From assembly GCF_009914755.1 (NCBI RefSeq), contig NC_060944.1: DNA of 64,000 nucleotides; one strand, given 5' to 3'. Origin of the DNA: the human T2T-CHM13v2.0 reference genome, Homo sapiens. Numbering within the stretch: position 1 is the first letter of the stretch; every line of letters begins with the position of its first letter. Of the stretch, positions 54,266 to 64,000 are shown one piece after another. Both the position numbers and the translations under genes were made by a program. The notes under the pieces are model-generated. The model was not told the DNA's origin. It did no database searches and saw only the letters and a list, made by a program, of their open reading frames with translations.

Positions 54266-57200
54266 ATTTATTTTTATTATTATTTTTGTAACATAGAGTG
54301 TTGCAGATAAGGCATTTCAGCAGGTATGTTTTGAGCACAGACTGTGTGCAACACTTTGTGTGGGATGTTCATCGGGGAGAATAAGGAAGAGGAAAGCAAA
54401 GATGACCTGATCATGGTGCAGGTTCTTGAGAAACTTAAAGTCTACTGAGAAAGATGGATGCACACGCAGATAACTGTATTACTAAGCAGAAATAATTTAA
54501 GTATGAAAGGCTCTTTGGCGCTGAGAAGGACTGTTCCCCCCTTACATAAGAGGGAGAATCAACACAAACCACAGACATGTAGTTTACGTAGTAAAATGCA
54601 TGTACTTAAAGTGGATGGTATGGCATGACTGGAGCCACTTTATCTGTTCATTTATTGCTTAAAATAAACTATGTTTATTATCACCTTATTAAAGAAGTAC
54701 CTATTACTTTTAAAAAGGTACTTCTTTTAAAAGACGTACCTATTACTTTGCATCATGGTTGGATGGATTTTTTTCCTTTTCTCTTTCCTTTTCTGTGGGT
54801 TTAGTGGAGGAGGAGTTGGGAAGCTTGAGTAAAACCCTTATTCTGCCAGAAAATGTAGCAGTTATATGTAATTGGCTGTCTTTACTCAGAGAAACAGGAG
54901 AACCTGTGAGGTTCAGCATGGTGGACTTTGATTAAACAATGATTATATATGAGGCAGTTGGATCCTGCTCCAAATGCTGGTTGCACAACTTCAGACAAAA
55001 GGAGGTACTACAGGAAAAAGCCAGCAAATGTACCCCATTATTGCATCCTGGTCTATTTATGATGGGTGTCCACCCAGGTCTCTGGGGACAGCCTAGGTCA
55101 CACTGATCTTGGGTCTCCAAACACTCCACCAAGAGTAGTTTTAAAATATGCCCCTTAAGTTGATTCCTCCCCAAGGAAGCCTAAAACATATAGGATTCTT
55201 GGCAAACTCTGTCATCATGACATTATATAAGATTTATAAAGCCCTCCTAAAGATTGCTGTGGGATTATGGAAGCTTCTTGGGTGCCTTCTGGCCCCTCTA
55301 ATCAACTTTTCACACTGTTGAGGAGATAGGGGAAGCAAACTCATCATCACTCCAGGTGTGTATCTTCTCACACTTGATCTTCTGAACTCAGAGGACAGAG
55401 ATCTGATTATAAGAATTATTCTTTATTACCCAAAATTTCTATAAAGAGCATGTTTTGTTTATCTGAGCAAAACTATATCATGAGACTAATTATCCCTCTT
55501 GGGTTTTTGTTGTAATTAAGCTACACTTTTCCCCCTGATTTTTAGAAATTTAGCTTTTGAAATAGAAGATAAACTAAAGAAAACTCCTTCCCAGCTAATT
55601 TTTTTCCATAATTTTTTTCAGTCTTTGAAACACAGAGGTCTCTCCCCACCTCCCTATTTTTTTTTTTTTTTTTTTACCACTGAATACATTGTTTCGGCTT
55701 AGTTATGGATTGTTTTCTGAAAATTTATCTCCTGCCTTCCAACTAAATTTCAACATAGAAGCAAGTGCTTTTATTCTCTCTTCTTTCCCAGATATATAAA
55801 GTGTCTAGTTCTTGTGTTATTGGCAAGATTATGTTTCCTTTGTTTTCTTAACCTCAGCTTCATAAAAAAAGCTCACTTCATGCTTCTGCTCCAAGATTGG
55901 AGAGCTCAAACATTTATAACTCCAAAAACAACATGTTGCCCTACAGAAATTTACCACTTGAATTTGAGCAGTGTTGAGGGGTATGCCATGATGATAGGCA
56001 GCAATGGCAAAAGCAAAGGTAAAAAGAAGAAAAAGAGTTTTTTGAAATGTGAGCTTTGAATTATTTGTCGGACTAAATAAATAGCATTACCCTATCTTCC
56101 CTACCTTATGCAGAACCTCATTTTAGAAAATCAGCACCAGCCAAAAGTGTAATGCACCATGCCGCCACTTAGGTAGTTACACATTATTTGAAGATATTCC
56201 TTAAAATGCCTGCTAAGCCACTTTTATCTCTTCTGCTATAGCAGAGGCACAGAGCAGTAGAAAGCACCTAAATAGCTTCATGTTATTCTTTACTTGAAGA
56301 AGGAATTATAGTCCCAAGATCACTATAGCCGTGGTAGGCACTCCTAAAACAAATGTACAGTTCAGGTCATTTAATTTTATGGTTATAGATAAATGCAGCG
56401 AGATGAGAACAAATAACTTAAACAGTGATTAGCCTTAAGTCTACTTGTGTCAACACAAGATTTGAGGACAGAATGAATCTTCTATTTATTTTCTGGGCAT
56501 TTCTTAAAACTATGTTTGTTCCTATTAATCCATGAAATATCCATTAGTTCACATACCCACCGTTTTTTATATTTGTAGCTCAGCAACACAAAGACAACAA
56601 AAATATAATAATAACAATAAACCAGCAAGTAAATTAACTTACTGTTGTTTGTTTTGTTTTGTTTTGAAATGAGCGTCAGTGAATCTAGTGCTATATCTGC
56701 CAATGTCTTGCTTGTATCAGGAGCTCTTAGAAAAAGTTCACACCTAAGAGCACTATGAGTTGGAAATGCCTATTTTAGATGTGTTTCTCCCATGTTTTTC
56801 CTCCAAAATCACTCAGTGAACCTGGTTTTACTTGACTTATTTTGGAGTGACATCCTCAAAGCATGCTGAGGACTGCAACTACCAAATATAAAGCTGGAAA
56901 GGAGTGATGCTGCCTGATGCTAGTGACAAGTTGTTCCTTGTGTGGCAGACAGATTCAAATGGATTAATGTTCAAGCCAAGCCCTTTCACCTCTACTTTCT
57001 CATGAGGAGTGACAGAGAAGAATGTGTGGCTTGTCCATAGACCTCCTGACTCTTCTGCCACCTTTGAGTTGACACCACTTTCTGATCTGAGACAGTTTGT
57101 CACTTAGGGTCAGTAGTTTTGCCATTCAGTGAAGTTGTACAATGGATTTCCTCTGTGGTGGGAGGAAGAGCAGGAAAGAGAGAAGGAAAGAGAGAGGAAT

Positions 57201-59267
57201 CGGGGTGGGGTAAGAAATACAGAGAGAGAGAGAGTGAGAGAAGGAGGATCTCTTTTACTAAATGTTATCTTTGCCTTTTTAATTGGTATTTTTAGATAAT
57301 AATAACTTTCCTATATTAATAGCTAAACCCTGTCCTTATTATCCATTCAGTGTGTATGATATGCTCATACCTGTGAGGCTCCGTGATGGGAAATGACATA
57401 GTACTCTTTGTTCCCCCAAGTTCTTTTTGCCACTTTTCCTGGCCATGGTCTCATCAAAGCATTTGGAAAATGTGCAGCTGTGGTCTTCCAGGAGGGGACA
57501 GATATTGTACTCATCGAGTCGGTACCTGGTGTCTCCACTCTCTCATGACTTAGCCCTTCCCCTCTCTCTCCATCCAGCCATGTGGTTTGTGTTGAATTAA
57601 CTGTCCTTGCTGCAGGATGAGGCCCTAATGTGTTTAAGCTAATCACTATTTCCTATCCCTTGGGTCATGGTGTTTAGCTCAGGGTTGGTCATGTGTTTTT
57701 AGCAAGGGAGCCTCAGGGCTTTTTGTGGCCTTTCCAACTCTGGCCTCTACCTCTTGTTATGAATGAAGATGCATTGAGCGCCGTGTGCTCTTGGCACTCA
57801 TGTTATGACCAGAGGACAACAGCATCAGGCAGATACAGCAGAAGTCAGAGAGGGGAGATGCAAACAAATAGGGTGTTTTGGTTGTTCCCTGTAGCCCATG
57901 CTACTGCTGGATGTTTCAGTTATATGTGATAGTAAATTCCTTTTATTAAAGGCTGTTTGATGGGTTTTTCTTATTTGTCACCCAAATGAACCCCAAAGGG
58001 TCACAAAAACCTGACTGAATTTCAAAATACTTTGTCATTAATTCTTAATTGGTGGTGGGAACTAAACAAAGAAAACACCAATTATGGCAAACCATCGTGA
58101 ACAGTGAAAGTTTGACACTAACAATAATACATAAGACCTAAAAGTAAGACCACTGAAGTTTTGCATCAAATCAGCCAGATTTCTCCCTTTCTCTGAACTG
58201 AAGAAAAATAGTCTACATCATGGCTGTTTGTTTTAACTTAAAAAGTGTGAGGAAGTGAGCATCCAGCCCCAAGCTACAGTAAACAGCTCGTTCAAGCAAA
58301 TTACCTAGAACAAAAGAAACACCTCTGACATAATGTGGGGGTCCAAGCCTGAAAATAATAGGGTGCTCAGCAAAGTCCCAGAACCCCTGTAACAAGAGCC
58401 CGGTAGTTCTTATAGCATTCGGAGCCAATGGGAAGGAGTACACTTTTAAAATGTGGTACAGTTGGTGCTGAAGTCTCTTTACCCTTGATTTTTCTTTTCC
58501 CTCCTGAATAGGAAAGCAGAGCTAGCTCTGTCATATTGAGCCAGTTGGTAATGGGCTCTGCCAGGCGTGGAAGAGATAAAAGCCACCACCTGCCTCACCC
58601 ACGCTCCCCCTACCCCATTTCCCGGTCTCCGGTTGTCTGCACAGCTGCTGACAGCCAGTCATTGTTCCACCCCAGGGCTGCCTGGGAGCTCAGCCGTCCC
58701 AGTCTCAGAAGCACAATTGCAGTTTGAATGCAGCTCCTGGGTGGGTTTCCTGTGCACCTTGGCCATGACCCCTTGGAAGGCTGTATGCCTGCAAGTTGAG
58801 CAGAGTCTGATCATACACGGCTTAAGTACTTGCCATGTGCCAGGGCCTATGAAGAGGAGAACACAAACCAGCGTTACAGGGAGGGAAAAGGGTTTGAGCA
58901 AAAGCAAGAGAAGAAAAAGTATGTATAACAACATTTTGGGGGCATCTATTAGTTTTCTGGCTGTCCAGGGTCTACTCATCTTACTTGCTGAGTAGAACCC
59001 CTCTTTCTCCTCGAGTATTTCTCCCAGGCCTGGCCAGTGAGAGCATTGCATTCCCTCCTGGCAACTGTGATTGGGTCAGAGATGGGCAAACGACTTAGCT
59101 CAACGAAGCCCCTGAGCCTCATTGCACAGACCTAGCTTTGAGAATGAGGGAGATTCTCTTCTTTCTTTCTACTTGAGAGGAGAATTTATAAAGAGGAATA
59201 GTCAAAAGTAAGCCTGAAAGAGCATTTTGTGGCAAATATATTCTTGCTTCTTGGGCATGGTAGACAC

Positions 59268-59689
59268 TGTGATAAGCAACTCAGAACCACCCCCTACTTT
59301 AGGAATAAAGGACTTGTTCCCCAGCAGCTGGGAGTGAGGCTGGTAGACAGTCCTCAGCTGTCAAGCCCCTTTGAGGATTGCCTCAACTGAAGAGAGCTAC
59401 CGTGCGCAAGGCCATGCCACCTTTTTGGCATAATCCATATCCAGTGACTGATCAAAGTAGGGGTATAGAGGCTTGACTTTTTTGCTGCAGTTCAGGACAA
59501 CTCTGGAAGGTCAACCCATCTTCAGCGTTCCTTCTAGGGCCAACTGAAACTTCCCTTGAGGTTGCATTGCAGCTCCCTCTGCCCACTCCTGCTTCTGTCC
59601 CTTCCCTTCTATGGCAGTGTATCCCAAGAGCCCTCCCTAATAAAGCTCCTGCAGGTTAACCTACCTTCCAGGGAGCCCAACCTACAACA
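59268..59689 (+). mobile_element. LTR16-like (ERVL) solo LTR
   Basis: AAGGACTTGTTCCCCAGCAGCTGGGAGTG...CTGAAGAGAGCT...CCCTAATAAA...AACCTACAACA. Confidence 0.75.
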
Positions 59690-60941
59690 CCAAGATAAAT
59701 TGCTTGTATTTTTTCCTGGCGGTGGAGCTTAGTGACTGAAATGAAGCATGATCACTCTGAGCAGAAGGATGGCAGTAAACTGAAGCATGACTTAAGAAGA
59801 TGATGCAAATCATCACATTTCTCCTGCCTGTAGCTCAGGATCCAAACACCAGTGAAAGCCATGGCCATGGCCATGCACTTCTCCTTTTAGGCCATATGGC
59901 ATTCAGTGTGCAGTTCACTATTCAACAAATTGACCACTTGTTTTGGTTTTATGCAGGCACAATCTGAAAATCATAGTTCTGCTGTTAACATCAAATACCT
60001 TTTAATGATGTTTGACATGAAAACCACCATATACTCTTATACTTTCCCCCTGGTTGTCTGGTGTGAAGCATCTTTTAAAGAAAATTTATGGTAGTTACCT
60101 TTATAATGGTATAACTCTTACCAAGTTTAAAATTAAAATGTTATCACAAGTGGCATTTCCCATCCCATTTCAAATGTAGAGTACGGCGAGAAGTCTCAGG
60201 AAATTAAAATATTGCCTTTAAAGCCCTCCTTTTATGGTGATGTGAAGGAAATTGCAGCACACTAGCATTTACCCAACTATCAATATTTTTTTATAGTCTA
60301 AAATATTTGCCAACATTTTCCCCACGTGAAATCTATTATATGAAATGATTAAAAACAAACATCACGTGCACTATACGTTGGAGATGCTTTTAATAACTTG
60401 GAGTCAGAGTAAATGATCACCAGGGATCAGAGTTAATACGGGTTGAAAGGATGCCCTTAAAATCATGACAGTGGCCTTGTATTAAGCTTGTGGTTTACAT
60501 GCTTTTTTCTGTACTGAATCGCTAAAATAAACAGGCATTCTTCCAGTTAATTGTGTGTGAGTGTATGTGTGCATTGCATAGTCACACATTCCATATTGCT
60601 TCTGAAACATAATTTTATGTAAATGATTGTAAAAAACAGAAATCTAAGCTACCTCAGTACTGTTATATAATCCGTAACAGATTTGCCAACCCAAAAGCCT
60701 AATTCTATCGTTAAGACCTAAATTCATATATTTTATAAAATATATGATATTGATGTTGTCCATAAGCTTTTTTTGATGCGATCCCCCCTTATACAAACCC
60801 AGTTTTTATTGTACTCTTTTGTAATAATTTTGTATAATGTGGTCTCTTCAAAAGCGAGACCAGCACCTATTCGTTTTTAAGTCCTACTACATAGGACCAT
60901 ACGGCATGTTGCATTGCTATTTGAATCTTTTTAGAATGGAT

Positions 60942-61306
60942 CAGGATGTCCCAAAAAATCTTAGAAGCTGTACTAATCTCAGCAGTATAAATACTATATA
61001 CTTATAACACTATTATATAAATGTTTAATAATTCAAACTTCTTTTACAGTAATTTAGTTTTTGAACTTTTAATATTAATTTTTTCATTCTAGTTTTTTTG
61101 TTTTATTTAACATTTGGCTTCTTCAGAGGAACTGCAACCAAACTTTAAATTACAGATTTATTATTCAAGAGTCACAAAATTCTATGAATATAAAAGAAAC
61201 TTATCTAATTGAACTTTCAAATCATAGTTTCATAAGTTTATACATAACCTTTATACATCTAAAGTTATTAATGCTTAAAACTGTACTGTGACTTTTGAGC
61301 ACCCCA
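60942..61306. mobile_element. Ancient Tc1/mariner-like MITE
   Basis: Ends CAGGATGTCCCAAAA.. and ..GCTTAAAACTGTACTGTGACTTTTGAGCACCCC form degenerate TIRs. Confidence 0.5.
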
Positions 61307-62281
61307 GAAGTCTGGTTGTTAATTTTTTTTCTACATTTTTAATCTCCTAACTATGTGTGTTTTTTTTTTTTTGGTAGTACCCCCAGCACACAATTTTCCC
61401 AGTAAGTACAAGCATGTAAAATACAATTTCCTTGCCAGTTAATGTTCCATACACTCTAATTGTGAAAGCCACTGTATTTAGTGACAAATTTAATCTTCAG
61501 TACTTGGAAGAAGGCAACATGGGTTAAGATTAAAAAAGAGGACATAATTGTTGAGTTCTAGGTATCTTCACATTTTTAAAACAAATGTTCTGGAACTGAT
61601 GTTCACGAAACAGGTCAGCCCCTCACTGAACCAGTTCTGCTGTGTTGATAAATTTCTTGTTAGAACTATGGCAGGAAGCAAAGCAAAATGATTATAGAAA
61701 AACATGTGCTTTAGCAGCAAGATGGTTATTTGAGCATATAGTTTTCCTCTTGGGTGTCCTTGAATAGGCCTATGTTGAGTTGAAGGGAGCCAAGATGATA
61801 AACCAGACATAAAGAGCTCTAAGCATAGGTTTAGAAAACGGAAGCTTCTTGGAACCATTTTCTATTTGACAGAAACAAACCCTGACTCAGCCTTCTCATT
61901 TTTCCACATAAGTACACTGAATTCTCTTCCCCATCCAAGGTGTGGATCTTTCTGGAAAAACCTCTAGCTGAAGTGTTTTTACGTCTGCAAGAATTAAAGG
62001 TCACAGACTCTTGTTTCTAGACAACAAGGACAGTTCACTTTCTGGGTGTTAATGAAAATCCTTCTATCTTGAATACTTCCTGAGAATACTTAGAGTATTA
62101 TAACAGTCATGAAAAGAAATGATGAAAATACAATCACATGTTATGGGTGGAGGACAGCAGGGTGCAGTGTATCACTTCTCGGTCTAGATGACACTTCAAA
62201 GTCCCTTCTTTCTTTCTAAAACTGTCCCAGGCTTCAGACTGCTGACTCTCCTTTCCTGTTCTGAGCTGCTACAGTCGATCC

Positions 62282-62516
62282 TGATATGGTTTGGATGTTT
62301 GTCCCCTCCAAATCTCATGTTGGAATGTGATCGCAATGTTAGAGGTAGAGCCTAGTCGGAGGAGTTTGGGACACTGGGGCAGATCCCTCAAGATGGCTTG
62401 GTACCCTCCCCACAGTAATGAGTGGGTTTTTGCTCTATTCCTTCACACAAGAGTTGGTTGTTTAAAAGAGCCTGGCACGTCCCCCCTCTCTCTCTCTTGC
62501 TTCCTCTCTTGCCATG
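62282..62516 (+). mobile_element. MST (MSTB-like) LTR 5' part, interrupted by THE1A
   Basis: TGATATGGTTTGGATGTTTGTCCCCTCCAAATCTCATG...GGTTGTTTAAAAGAGCCTGGCAC. Confidence 0.88.
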
Positions 62517-64000
62517 TGTATTAGTTTGTTTTCATGCTGCTGATAAAGACATACCCAAAACTGGGAACGAAGAAAGGTTGAATTGGACTTACAGTTGCAC
62601 ATGACTGGGGAGGCCTCAGAATAATGGTGGGAGGCAAAACGCTTGTCTTACATGGTAGCGGCAAGGGAAAATGAGGAAGAAGCAAAAGTGGAAATCCCTG
62701 ATAAACCCATCAGGTCTTGTGAGACATATTCACTACCACGAGAATAGCACAAAAAAGACCAGCCCCCATGATTCAATTATCTCCTCCTGGGTCCCTCCCA
62801 CAACAAGTGGGAATTCTGGGAGATACAATTCAAGTTGAGATTCTGGTGGGGTCACAGCCAAACCATATCATGCTGCCCTTGGCCCCTCCAAATCTCATGT
62901 CCTCACATTTCAAAACCAATCATGCCTTCCCAGCAGTCCTCCAAAGTCTTAGCTCATTTCAGCATTAACCCAAAAGTCCACAGTCCAAAGTCTCATCTGA
63001 GACAAGTCAAGTCCCTTCTGCCTATGAGCCTGTAAAATCAGAAGCAAGGTAGTTACTTCCTAGATTCAATGGGGGTACAGGTATTGGGTAAATACAGTCA
63101 TTCCAAACGGGAGAAATTGGCCAAAACAAAGGGGTTACAGGGCTCATGCAAGTCTGAAATCCAGCGGGGCAGTCAAATCTTAAAGCTCCAAAATGATCTC
63201 TTTTAACTCCATATCTCACATCCAGGTAATGCTGATGCAAGAGGTGGGTTCCCAAAGCCTTGGGCAGCTCCACCCCTGTGGCTTTGCAGGGTACAGCCTT
63301 CTTCCTGGCTGCTTTCACGGGCTGGCATTGAGTGTCTGTGGCTTTTCCAGGTTCACAGTGCAAGCTGTCAGTGGATCTGCCATTCTGGGGTCTGGAGGAC
63401 GGTGGTCCTCTTCTCACAGCTCCACTAGGCGGTACCCCAGTAGGGACTGTGTGTTGGGGCTCCAACCCCACATTTGCCTTCTGCACTGCCCTAGCAGAGG
63501 TTCTCCATGAGGGCACCACCCCTGCAGCAAACTTCTTCCTGGGCATCCAGGCATTTCCGTACATCTTCTGAAATCTAGAAGGAGGTTCCCAAACCTCAAT
63601 TCTAGACTTCTGTGCACCTGCAGGCTCAACACCACATGGAAACTGCCAAAGCTTGGGGCTTCCACCCTCTGAAGCCACAGCCCAAGCTTTATGTTGGCCC
63701 CTTTCAGCCATAGCTGGAGTAGCTGGGACACAGGGCACCAAGTCCCTAGGGTGCACACAGCATGGGGACCCTGGACCCAGTGCATGAAATCACTTTTTCC
63801 TCCTTGGCCTCTGGGCCTGTGATGGGAGGGGCTGCTGGGAAGTTCTCTGACATGGCCTGGAGACATTTTCCTCGTGGTCTTGGGAAATAATATTAGGCTC
63901 CTTACTACTTATGCAAATTTCTGCAGCCGCCTTGAATTTCTCCCCAGAAAATGGCTTTTCCTTTTCTATCGAATAGTCAGGCTGCGACTTTTCCCAAACT
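62517..64000 (-). mobile_element. THE1A provirus (3' LTR 62517-62870 plus THE1-int running off the window)
   Basis: THE1A-type GAGGAAGAAGCAAAAGTGGAAA..CCTGATAAACCCATCAG; internal part homologous to 28200-29290 in reverse. Confidence 0.95.

Noticed and set aside
60724-60747. 24-bp perfect palindrome TCATATATTTTATAAAATATATGA
   Set aside because: Low-complexity AT sequence; plausible by chance or simple fold-back
63022-63756. Longest ORF (244 aa) and similar ORFs at 27835-28922
   Set aside because: They are translations of THE1 internal sequence, which is multicopy and decayed

Overview
Human non-coding genomic DNA (intronic or intergenic). The human-specific AluYb8/9-type insertion at 46221 identifies the species. 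The window is AT-rich, has no CpG island, and I cannot support any cellular protein-coding gene; the ORF track reflects repeats or chance. Roughly half is transposon-derived: about 20 Alu/FLAM/FRAM copies, a full THE1B provirus, a THE1A nested in an MST LTR, several solo LTRs, an old L1 with its 5' UTR and ORF1 but no ORF2, other L1/L2/MIR remnants and DNA-transposon MITEs. I found no convincing new multi-gene system. The most interesting signals are four micro fold-back or templated-insertion scars (one copies 18 bp from an Alu insertion site 1.9 kb away), about 220 bp of unexplained sequence fused to an L1 5' end (possible 5' transduction), candidate minus-strand non-coding exons, tandem GAS sites in a MER41-type LTR, DUX4 sites in THE1 LTRs, a young Alu that may be polymorphic, and a 1.07 kb almost pure A/T tract. 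Repeat subfamily names come from recalled consensus sequences and need RepeatMasker/Dfam confirmation; boundaries of old repeats are approximate.
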